Part shown: in pieces, positions 50,206 to 58,566 of the stretch
Numbering within the stretch: position 1 is the first letter of the stretch
Layout of the letters: each line of letters opens with the position of its first letter
DNA from: a virus
Reading direction: 5' to 3' (one strand)
DNA length: 64,000 nucleotides
Virus record (IMG/VR): IMGVR_UViG_3300023174_000097
Coordinates: 1-64,000 of that record
The notes under the pieces: generated by a model
Databases searched by the model: none
What the model saw: only the letters and a program-made list of their open reading frames with translations
Told to the model about the DNA's origin: nothing
Translations under genes and position numbers: made by a program

Positions 50206-51639
50206 ATGTCAGTAAAAATTTCAGAATTAACAGCTTCTTCTGCAGTAACTTCAAACGACTTTGTTCCTATAGTTGATTATGAAACTGCCACAACAAAAAG
50301 AGCACCCGCTAATCAAATTCTTGATTATATTACTGGTTCTACTTTTAATAGTTTAACTGTTACATCTCTAACTTCTTCAAACGTTACAGCATCAAGAATT
50401 GATGTAGATCAAATTTATGCTAATGATGTTATTGGTGGAAATATTTCTGGTGATGCAGCTGGATTAACAAACATCCCAGCATCAGGAATAGAAGGTTCAA
50501 TACAATATAATGTAAGTGGAGTACTCACTGGCGACAGTTATTTAACTTACGATTCTGAAAATTTAAAATTAATAAGTCAAAACGCAGATTTTATTTCTGT
50601 TACTGTTGATGATATATCCGGAACAACAGCGCAATTTACAACAATAACATCTTCAAATCTTATTGTCTCTGGTGGTAATGCAATATTTTATGAAATGGCG
50701 GAAATAGGTGATAATGCTTATGTTCTGTACAATTCTTCAATAGATAAATTGGTAGCGTTTCCTGGTTTATATGTAACTGGCGCTATTACTGCTTCAACTG
50801 CACTTTCTGCTTCAAATATAGGCGCAACAACAGCACAATTTACTAATCTCACTTCTTCTGCTGTTTCCAGTTCAAAATTGGAATTAAATACTGGAACTCG
50901 TACTAGTTTAAACTATGGCGCATATATTTCTGGTGTACCATATAACGGTCCACTTGTTCGGCTTGATGCAGCAGGCAATACTTCTCATATAGGTGGAAAT
51001 GCCAATTTAAATAATGGTGGATTGCAAGTTGTATTTAGTTCTGGATATACCGGAACCGGCATAACATTTGCTGGTGATTTTGAAAACTCTAATCAAAGCG
51101 CCGGAAATAATTTAAAATTTGATACAAGTTATGCAAATCCAGTTGGCAATTCAGGATTTAATGGTTTTGCGGCAGGAACAACAGACGGACTAAATGTCGG
51201 TGGTTATTGTGAAGCTGCTAATGGTAATGTTAGTATAGGACAAGTTGGCAAATCAATTACATCAAAAGTTTCTGGAACTAATATCGGCGTTATTGGTGTT
51301 GCTCGTAATACAGATGGAGGTTCTACAGAAATCGGAGGCTATTTTGGATTAAACAATTCAACTCCTGTTTTCTCGTCTTCAGCACTTACTGCTGATAATG
51401 GAACAAGTACAGCACCAATATTTATTGCGCGTGATAATGGTAGTGAAGTATTTACAATTTCGGATGGTGGAAATACAATAATATCAGGCAACTTAACTGT
51501 TACCGGTTCGGATTCAAGTATAGCATTTTCTGCAAGTAATTCATCTCATTGGACCGGTTCACCTCCATCAACATTGCAAGAAGCATTAAATAGAATAGCG
51601 GCGGCAATATATAGTGGAATAACAGGCTCTATTGCTTAA
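50206..51639 (+). CDS. Tail-fibre-like protein
   Basis: MSVKISELT start, Gly/Ser/Thr-rich, GSIQYN..G.LTG. Confidence 0.6.
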   Translation: MSVKISELTASSAVTSNDFVPIVDYETATTKRAPANQILDYITGSTFNSLTVTSLTSSNVTASRIDVDQIYANDVIGGNISGDAAGLTNIPASGIEGSIQYNVSGVLTGDSYLTYDSENLKLISQNADFISVTVDDISGTTAQFTTITSSNLIVSGGNAIFYEMAEIGDNAYVLYNSSIDKLVAFPGLYVTGAITASTALSASNIGATTAQFTNLTSSAVSSSKLELNTGTRTSLNYGAYISGVPYNGPLVRLDAAGNTSHIGGNANLNNGGLQVVFSSGYTGTGITFAGDFENSNQSAGNNLKFDTSYANPVGNSGFNGFAAGTTDGLNVGGYCEAANGNVSIGQVGKSITSKVSGTNIGVIGVARNTDGGSTEIGGYFGLNNSTPVFSSSALTADNGTSTAPIFIARDNGSEVFTISDGGNTIISGNLTVTGSDSSIAFSASNSSHWTGSPPSTLQEALNRIAAAIYSGITGSIA

Positions 51640-51671
51640 ATTAATCTATTTATAACAAAGGATAAATAAAA

Positions 51672-52076
51672 ATGTCAACAGATTTTATGAGTTTACATAG
51701 ACCAGGTATAGGAAATGCTGCTTCCTATCAAGTATCTGGTATTCCATGGGTTTCAAGTTCGCTTGCTGTTCCTGCAAGCGGCTCAACAACATTAGAAATA
51801 AGTTTTCCACAAGTAACAAAAAGCATTATCGTTAAAAATGCAAGTACAGGTTCTGTTCAAATGCGTGTTGGATTCAGCGATAATGGCGTGAAAACTTCAA
51901 ATAATTTCTTTATTTTATCTGGCGGTGAAAGTTTCGCAGCCGATCTAAAAGTAACAAGAATTTATTTAATGAGTAACAATGGCACTGCTTTGACTGCAAG
52001 TGTTATTGCAGGTTTAACAAACATTCCAGCAACCGAATTAACAAATAATTGGTCTGGTTCAGCAGGAGTAGGTTGA
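51672..52076 (+). CDS. Putative virion protein
   Basis: Beta-rich 134-aa ORF with late motif and RBS. Confidence 0.65.
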   Translation: MSTDFMSLHRPGIGNAASYQVSGIPWVSSSLAVPASGSTTLEISFPQVTKSIIVKNASTGSVQMRVGFSDNGVKTSNNFFILSGGESFAADLKVTRIYLMSNNGTALTASVIAGLTNIPATELTNNWSGSAGVG

Positions 52077-52077
52077 A

Positions 52078-53934
52078 ATGAGTTTTAATGACGGCTTTAA
52101 TATCAGATCAGTTCCATGGCCATCAAACACACCAGTAAGTGGTAATACGCTCGTTTATAATGGCTCACAATGGATTGCAGGAACCGTAAGTGGTTCTGGT
52201 GGTAGTGGAACAGGAGATATTACAGCTGTCAATGCTGGAACTAATTTAACTGGTGGTGGAGATACTGGAGATGTAACCGTTTCTCTTTCTTCATCTGTTG
52301 TTGGACTAAATAATCTACAAACAACAACTTTAACTGCTTCTCACGTTACGGGAACAGATTTAAAAATAGACTATATTGATTTTAACAACAATCTTGTTGA
52401 ACCAACATTTCAAACCGGTAGATTGCACTATGATCCAGCAACAAGCGATCTAATTTATGATACAAATGTATCTGGTGTTACAATAAATATCGGACAACAA
52501 ACCGTTGTTAGAGCAAAAAATACAAGTGGTTCTCCAATAAGCAAGGGTAAATTTGTAAGAATAACGGGTGGTTCAGGTTCATTTCCAGTTATAGCATTAG
52601 CAAGTTGGACTGATGAAGGAAATTCTGCTAATACAATTGGCGCTGTAATGCAAGATGTATTACAGAATGGATTTACATACGTTCTTTTAAATGGCACTCT
52701 TGAAGGCGTAAATACCAACAATGGTGTTTATAACGCTGGCGATTTATTATATCTCTCTTCAAGTGGTGACTTTACAAAAGTTCAACCATTACCGCCAAAA
52801 CATGCAGTAAGATTAGGTCAAATTGTTCGTGCTCAAACTAATAATGGTGTTATATTCGTTAAAGTTGATAATGGATATGAGCTTGGTGAATTACATGATG
52901 TATACACAGGTTCTGTGGCAAATGGTGATTTATTAGTTTATAACACATCGCTAACTGCTTGGAATAATTCAAAAACTTTAAGTGGAAATTATACTGTAAG
53001 TGGTAGTTTTGTAACAAATAATATTGGCAACAATATTCATCTTGTTGTAAGTGGTGGTTTGTTTTCAACTCTCCAACAAGCAGTAGACATTTCGGTAGAT
53101 GGTGATGTTATATTGGTTGGTCCGAATACAGTTGGATGGGGCGATGTTAGTTTGCCTCAATTAAAAAAACTTTCAATTGTAGGTTTAGGTGCAAAAAGAA
53201 CTCCACTTGTTGTGAAAGTTGGAAAAATTAATTTCGGTCCAACAAGCGGTGCTACAGCTACTGTAAATGAAATTCATTTAGAAAATCTTTATATATCATC
53301 TCTCGTAACATCTTCAGCATGTGTGAATATTTCTGGTACTGCTCCATGTCGTGTAAGATTTGAAGGTTGTTATATTAATAATGCTGCAAATTCTGGAAAT
53401 GGCATATTTATGAGTTCATCAAATACCAGTTCGGTTGTTTATTTAAATGATTGTATGGTATATGGCGCAAGTGATGTTTCTGGTGCTGGTTTGTGGACAG
53501 AAGCAGGAACTGTGTATATCAATAATTGCGATTTTGATGGATATAAACATTCCTTATATTTAACAGGTGCATCTGTTCTTGTTCCTTATACAGAAATTGG
53601 ATTATCTAAATTCACAACAAGAAACGCGTTTGATGTTGTTAAAATTGATGGTGGTCTTTTTTCTGGAAATAGTAATTATTTTGAAAATCTCACTTTAAAT
53701 GCTAATGGAATAAGAGCCAATAATTATACTTCTGTAATAATAACAAATAGTATTTTTAATATAGCAACCGGAAGTGGTTATGTTGTAACCACTGATAATG
53801 CTTGTTCACTTATCACCGGTAGTAATACTTACACATCTTTTAACAGTATACTTGGTACAATATCAAGAAATAATAAAGTAAAGTCAACTGTTGGCAGATA
53901 CAGCATTACTAGTTCCTTAACGCCAACTTTATAA
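52078..53934 (+). CDS. Tail fibre/spike-like protein with C-terminal beta-helix
   Basis: GDITAV.AGT.LTGGG, ELGELHDV, STLQQAVD...GDVILV followed by right-handed beta-helix-like repeats. Confidence 0.65.
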   Translation: MSFNDGFNIRSVPWPSNTPVSGNTLVYNGSQWIAGTVSGSGGSGTGDITAVNAGTNLTGGGDTGDVTVSLSSSVVGLNNLQTTTLTASHVTGTDLKIDYIDFNNNLVEPTFQTGRLHYDPATSDLIYDTNVSGVTINIGQQTVVRAKNTSGSPISKGKFVRITGGSGSFPVIALASWTDEGNSANTIGAVMQDVLQNGFTYVLLNGTLEGVNTNNGVYNAGDLLYLSSSGDFTKVQPLPPKHAVRLGQIVRAQTNNGVIFVKVDNGYELGELHDVYTGSVANGDLLVYNTSLTAWNNSKTLSGNYTVSGSFVTNNIGNNIHLVVSGGLFSTLQQAVDISVDGDVILVGPNTVGWGDVSLPQLKKLSIVGLGAKRTPLVVKVGKINFGPTSGATATVNEIHLENLYISSLVTSSACVNISGTAPCRVRFEGCYINNAANSGNGIFMSSSNTSSVVYLNDCMVYGASDVSGAGLWTEAGTVYINNCDFDGYKHSLYLTGASVLVPYTEIGLSKFTTRNAFDVVKIDGGLFSGNSNYFENLTLNANGIRANNYTSVIITNSIFNIATGSGYVVTTDNACSLITGSNTYTSFNSILGTISRNNKVKSTVGRYSITSSLTPTL

Positions 53935-53952
53935 TTCTGTTATAACATTTAA

Positions 53953-54474
53953 ATGATCCTAGGACTTGACATATCAACTTCATGCACCGGTATAACTATA
54001 TTAGATTATACTGATCGTGTTGTTTTAAATGATTGCTGGAAATTTAAAGAAGATGATGTCTTTGATAAATTAGAACGTGCAAAAAAAGAAATAAGAGAAC
54101 TAAAAAAGAAACATCCAATAACAGAAGTGTTTGTTGAAGAAAGCCTTCAAGCATTTCGTCCTGGTTTTTCATCTGCAAAAACAATTCTTTCACTTGCTAA
54201 ATTTAACGGTATTCTTTGCTGGATGATTTGGGAAGAATTAGGAATAAAAGTTAAATATATCGGCTCAACAACTGCAAGAAAGAATTGTGGAATAAAGATA
54301 ATAAAAGGAACTCCAGCCAAGCAACAAGTGATGGAATGGATGCTGCAAAATCAATCATGGTTTAAAGTAGAAAAGAAAAAAAATAGTGACAAGATAAAAG
54401 ATCATTATTATGATATGGCAGATAGTTTTGTCATCGCCAGAGCAGGATTTCTCTCCATAACGAACAACAAATAA
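53953..54474 (+). CDS. RuvC-like Holliday junction resolvase
   Basis: ILGLDISTSCTG, VFVEE, DMADS. Confidence 0.8.
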   Translation: MILGLDISTSCTGITILDYTDRVVLNDCWKFKEDDVFDKLERAKKEIRELKKKHPITEVFVEESLQAFRPGFSSAKTILSLAKFNGILCWMIWEELGIKVKYIGSTTARKNCGIKIIKGTPAKQQVMEWMLQNQSWFKVEKKKNSDKIKDHYYDMADSFVIARAGFLSITNNK

Positions 54475-54546
54475 TTGAAACTAATTATAGTAGTTCTGAG
54501 ATTTTTCAGGACAGGATTTCTTTATTTCTTTTTGGAGGATTTATAA

Positions 54547-55548
54547 ATGTTTTTTTATTGCGAAAAGACACCAATTGTTTTGTCAACGAGTGTCGCAACA
54601 CTATCTTTTAGTAATATTGCTGTTAATTCAAGTAGTTCGGTAACTTTTACAGTTAACTCAACTGGCGATACAACAGAAACTATTACATTAACCGACGATT
54701 CAAATCAATTTGATTTTTCACCAAGCTCATTCAGCCTATTTGGTGGAGAAAGTCAAGTTGTTACAGCAAACTTTAGACCAACTGCTTCTGCAAGAAAAAC
54801 TGCAAAAGTAACAATTACAGCTTCAGGTGGAAGTGTTAGTAGCGTTGCTCTAACCGGTTCAGCAACAACCTATAATACTTTATTGAATACCGATGCATTA
54901 GCACCATATGTTTATGCAGATCGTGAAAAAGGTTTAACACCACCTTCTGGCGTTGGTTCATTCCCAACAGGAAGTACCGGATGGATGTTTAAAAACATAA
55001 CATCAACTGGTGTTAGCTCATCATTTAATTATTATTTCTATGATGCCGGTATAACAAATAGTGCATCAGTTTCACAATTAGATAATGCATATGCTGTAGT
55101 CACAATGAACGCCAATACAGCAGCTTCTTCAAGTTGGCGTCCATTTCTTACAATTTATACTAATCGTACGAGACCAGTTACACAAGCAGAAATCAATTCA
55201 GGTACATACTGGTTTGATAGCCGCTTAAGTTATTCAATATATACCGGTTCAGTTTCTGCTAATACAAAATATTTGATGTATTTCGGAAATGATCCAGGTG
55301 TATATCCATCTTTACCAAGATTGAAGATGGGTCTTATGACTAATCCATTAGTAACAATAACTTCTTCACTGACACCAAACGAAGCAGTTTATAGTCTTAG
55401 TGTTGCCACTGCTGCAGGCTCACCTTCATCAGCGGGCGCACCAGCTTATTCTACTAATTTGAATAAGCAAATAATTGTCACAGAAGCTGTTGGATTCCAA
55501 TCAACAAAAGGAACTGGCAGCTGGTATGAAACAATGTTACGCTCTTGA
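54547..55548 (+). CDS. Ig-like domain protein, putative virion decoration
   Basis: LSF......S....FTV..TG......F.......L..GES..VT..F.PT Ig-like pattern; Ser/Thr-rich. Confidence 0.6.
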   Translation: MFFYCEKTPIVLSTSVATLSFSNIAVNSSSSVTFTVNSTGDTTETITLTDDSNQFDFSPSSFSLFGGESQVVTANFRPTASARKTAKVTITASGGSVSSVALTGSATTYNTLLNTDALAPYVYADREKGLTPPSGVGSFPTGSTGWMFKNITSTGVSSSFNYYFYDAGITNSASVSQLDNAYAVVTMNANTAASSSWRPFLTIYTNRTRPVTQAEINSGTYWFDSRLSYSIYTGSVSANTKYLMYFGNDPGVYPSLPRLKMGLMTNPLVTITSSLTPNEAVYSLSVATAAGSPSSAGAPAYSTNLNKQIIVTEAVGFQSTKGTGSWYETMLRS

Positions 55549-55569
55549 TACTATAAAATAGTAATTTAG

Positions 55570-55602
55570 TATCCCCCTTGAAATATAGGGGGATATTTTT
55601 TT
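55570..55602 (+). terminator. Intrinsic terminator
   Basis: TATCCCCCT-TGAAATAT-AGGGGGATA followed by T7. Confidence 0.85.
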
Positions 55603-55624
55603 AAACACTATTTATAGAAGAATT

Positions 55625-55873
55625 ATGCCTCTTTATTATCGTGAACCTTTAATAAAACTATTATTTAGAGAATCATTTGAATATCCAAGTTGGACAGGTA
55701 CATATGATACAGGTAGTATCATTTATCCAACATTTACCGGTTCAGTTGTTTTTGCAGAAAGTTATGAATATCCAAGTTGGATTGGAACATATGATACAGG
55801 AAGTATAATTTCTCCAACATTTACAGGTTCAGTTTTGTTTTCAGAAACATACGACTCTGGTTCATGGCCATAA
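55625..55873 (+). CDS. Small protein with 29-aa tandem repeats
   Basis: FRESFEYPSWTGTYDTGSIIYPTFTGSVV / FAESYEYPSWIGTYDTGSIISPTFTGSVL / FSETYDSGSW. Confidence 0.7.
   Translation: MPLYYREPLIKLLFRESFEYPSWTGTYDTGSIIYPTFTGSVVFAESYEYPSWIGTYDTGSIISPTFTGSVLFSETYDSGSWP
55664..55867 (+). repeat. 87-bp coding tandem repeat, about 2.3 copies
   Basis: Units start at 55664, 55751 and 55838. Confidence 0.8.
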
Positions 55874-55893
55874 TTAATAAAGGATTTTAACAT

Positions 55894-56682
55894 ATGTCTC
55901 AAAGTGATTGGAATTTTATTTTAGCTGATGCAAATACTTTTATTGGTGGCACTTCCGGCAGTGCAAAACAGCATACTGATTTTTCAAATCCATTAACTAG
56001 TTCAGGTGATTGGTGTAGATATTTTCAACCAGATAATGGCGTTCAATCATATCGTCAGCTTGCAATGATTCCTGTTGGTAATTCTGAATTAACAAGCTCA
56101 TCTGGATATGAATATGGATATGGATATTCTATGAGAGTGTGGACGAGAGCAGAGTGGAACGCTTGTGGAACTCTTTTAACATTTAAAAATTACAGCGATT
56201 TATCAATCACATATCCTCCAGATCCTTTTTATAATATTAAAAATTCTTTGGGCTATGGATTATGTATCTATAATAGCACAGAATTAACTTTATTCTGTAA
56301 TTCCAGTAATGCCATTCAAGTCAACGAAAGTCTTGATCCTGCGTATAATCAATATGGATATAGTAAAAATATTAGCATATCAACAGCAAATAATATCTGG
56401 AAAGGTATTAGAATGGACGTTACTCCAATATCAGGAGCTTATGATAAAATAACAGTATATACTGCAGAAAGAACAACTCCGGATGTATGGACAGAAAGAC
56501 ATACAGTTAATATTCCACGAACAAAAACCGGTGCATATATTCCTTGGGCAAATAATCCAAATGGCGACGGTGCTGCTGCAAGCGGAAAAGGATATATGGG
56601 AATAAGAGTGTGGGCTAGATATGATACCGCTCCTGTATCAATCGATCAATTTGAAGTATATAAACAAAGAATAATCCCTTGA
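55894..56682 (+). CDS. Hypothetical beta-rich protein, putative virion
   Basis: AAGGA RBS; 262-aa ORF. Confidence 0.7.
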   Translation: MSQSDWNFILADANTFIGGTSGSAKQHTDFSNPLTSSGDWCRYFQPDNGVQSYRQLAMIPVGNSELTSSSGYEYGYGYSMRVWTRAEWNACGTLLTFKNYSDLSITYPPDPFYNIKNSLGYGLCIYNSTELTLFCNSSNAIQVNESLDPAYNQYGYSKNISISTANNIWKGIRMDVTPISGAYDKITVYTAERTTPDVWTERHTVNIPRTKTGAYIPWANNPNGDGAAASGKGYMGIRVWARYDTAPVSIDQFEVYKQRIIP

Positions 56683-56684
56683 CC

Positions 56685-56713
56685 TTGACAAGACGCGAAC
56701 GAGCTGATAGCGT
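56685..56713 (+). promoter_or_regulatory. Sigma70-type promoter upstream of the primase locus
   Basis: TTGACA (56685-56690), 17 bp, TGa-TAGCGT (56708-56713); ATG follows at 56723. Confidence 0.55.
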
Positions 56714-56722
56714 CGTGCTTGA

Positions 56723-56869
56723 ATGTCCGACTCCCACAAAGAACAGATCCTCATAGAAATTCTAAGCACTCCCCTCCGTTCTGGCGGGGAGTTACTTTTT
56801 TATTGTCCTAAATGCAAACATCATAAACCAAAATGCGATACTATTTATCATTATGCAACAAATTATTAA
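56723..56869 (+). pseudogene. Orphan 5' fragment of DNA primase, 48-aa ORF, not in the ORF track
   Basis: MSDSHKEQILIEILSTPLRSGGELLFYCPKCKHHKPK matches the primase N-terminus at 57640-57735 in 23 of 32 residues. Confidence 0.85.
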
Positions 56870-57659
56870 TACTGGAATATATTGCATAAGAAACATTATA
56901 AACAATAAAATATACATTGGTTCTTCGTGTAATATTAAAAAAAGATTTAGATATCATAAATGGCAATTAAATAACAATAAACATCATTCATTTTTACTAC
57001 AAAATGCGTGGAATAAATATGGAGAAAATAGTTTTGTATTTGAAGTTCTACAAGAAGTAGAAACACATTTACTGATAACCGAAGAACAAAAATGGCTAGA
57101 TGAAAAGAAAACATATCAACCAGAAAATGGGTACAACATATCAAACATAGCAGGAAATCCTTTAAATTTATTTACAGAAGAAACAAGAAAAAAGATTTCA
57201 CTCAAAAATAAAGGAAAAATAGTTTCTGAAGAAACCCGTAAAAAAATGAGTGCTTCTCGTCTAGGAAAATCTCTTTCGGAAGAGCATAAGAAAAAATTAA
57301 GTGAAATAAAGAAGGGGAAAACGTTTTCGGAAGAACACAAAAAAAATTTAAGTAATTCACAAAGAGGATTAACTAGACAATTTTCGGAACAACACAAAAA
57401 GAAACTAAGTGAAGCAAAAAAAGGAAAATGTATTTCTAATGAACACAAACAAAAGATCAGTTTGACTAGCCGTGGAAGGAATAGTAAACTTACAGCAGAA
57501 CAAATTTTAGAATTAATTTCTTTATATGAGACAGGAAATCATTCTACAAGAGAATTAGCAAAAATTTTTAATATTTCTAAAAGCAACGTCCATTCAATTG
57601 TTGCTAGAAAGACGTGGAAATACCTTGACGATAAACCAGAAGGAACAGATATTAATTGA
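56853..57659 (+). CDS. GIY-YIG homing endonuclease with NUMOD3-like repeats and C-terminal HTH
   Basis: GIYCI.N..N.KIYIGSS, LQNAWNKYG, repeated SEE(T/H)KKK(L/M)S, terminal HTH. Confidence 0.92.
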   Translation: MQQIINTGIYCIRNIINNKIYIGSSCNIKKRFRYHKWQLNNNKHHSFLLQNAWNKYGENSFVFEVLQEVETHLLITEEQKWLDEKKTYQPENGYNISNIAGNPLNLFTEETRKKISLKNKGKIVSEETRKKMSASRLGKSLSEEHKKKLSEIKKGKTFSEEHKKNLSNSQRGLTRQFSEQHKKKLSEAKKGKCISNEHKQKISLTSRGRNSKLTAEQILELISLYETGNHSTRELAKIFNISKSNVHSIVARKTWKYLDDKPEGTDIN

Positions 57660-58566
57660 TATTTTTGGAGTTCCTCTACACTCAGGAGAGGAATTACTTT
57701 TTCAATGTAAGAAGTGCTCACATCACAAGCCTAAACTGAGCTGTAATGTCCGTAAAAACGTTTTTAAATGTTGGGTATGCAACTTTACGGGAACTAACTT
57801 AACAAGGCTGGTAAAGCGTTATGGTTCGTATAAACAGAAACAAGAGTGGAGTAGGTATGATGACAAAATTGATTTGTCTTCCACTTCTTTTGCAGATACT
57901 TTATTTGGAGAACAAGAAGCAAATGAGACGCTACTTAATCTCCCTAAAGAATTTATTTCCTTAACAGGAAAGCACAATTCTCTTTCAAATGTCGCTCTTC
58001 GTTATTTATATGAGCGAGGAATAACAAAAGAAGATATTTTAAAGTGGAAGATTGGTTATTGTCCGGATGGCGAATATGGTGGACGAGTTATTGTTCCCAG
58101 CTTCAACCTTGAAGGAAAAATAAATTATTTTATTGGTCGTTCTTATCGTGATGATTGGATGAAATATAAAAATCCGCCACTGCACAAAAATTCTATTATC
58201 TTTAATGAATTATATGTTGATTGGGATAGTGATTTGGTCTTGACAGAAGGCGTATTTGATGCTATTGTCGCGGGTAATGCTATACCCCTTCTCGGTTCAA
58301 CTTTACCCGAAACAAGCCGTTTATTTCAGGAAGTTGCGAAACATGACACGCCGATTTACATTGCGCTTGATCCGGATGCGGAGAAAAAAGCGAAATACTT
58401 GATTAGAGATATGTTGCAATATGGAATTGAACTCTATAAAATAGATGTTCGTGGTTTCCAAGATGTTGGCAGCATGACTAAGCAAGAATTTGTAGAAAGA
58501 AAAAATTCTGCATTACCGATGAATGCAGAAAGTTTATTTAAGTATCAATTACAAGGAATCATATGA
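57625..58566 (+). CDS. dnaG: DNA primase (zinc-binding domain plus TOPRIM)
   Basis: CKKC...CWVC zinc site, YL.ERGI, KYKNP, TEGVFDAI, ALDPDA; probable TTG start at 57625. Confidence 0.9.
   Translation: MTINQKEQILIDIFGVPLHSGEELLFQCKKCSHHKPKLSCNVRKNVFKCWVCNFTGTNLTRLVKRYGSYKQKQEWSRYDDKIDLSSTSFADTLFGEQEANETLLNLPKEFISLTGKHNSLSNVALRYLYERGITKEDILKWKIGYCPDGEYGGRVIVPSFNLEGKINYFIGRSYRDDWMKYKNPPLHKNSIIFNELYVDWDSDLVLTEGVFDAIVAGNAIPLLGSTLPETSRLFQEVAKHDTPIYIALDPDAEKKAKYLIRDMLQYGIELYKIDVRGFQDVGSMTKQEFVERKNSALPMNAESLFKYQLQGII

Noticed and set aside
57180-57470. Repeated GAAGAA..AAAAAA units as a DNA repeat array
   Set aside because: They encode the NUMOD3-like repeats of the GIY-YIG protein
56834-57735. Group I intron or intein interrupting primase
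   Set aside because: No P/Q/R/S elements, IGS pairing or intein termini; the endonuclease is out of frame with primase and a complete second N-terminus exists
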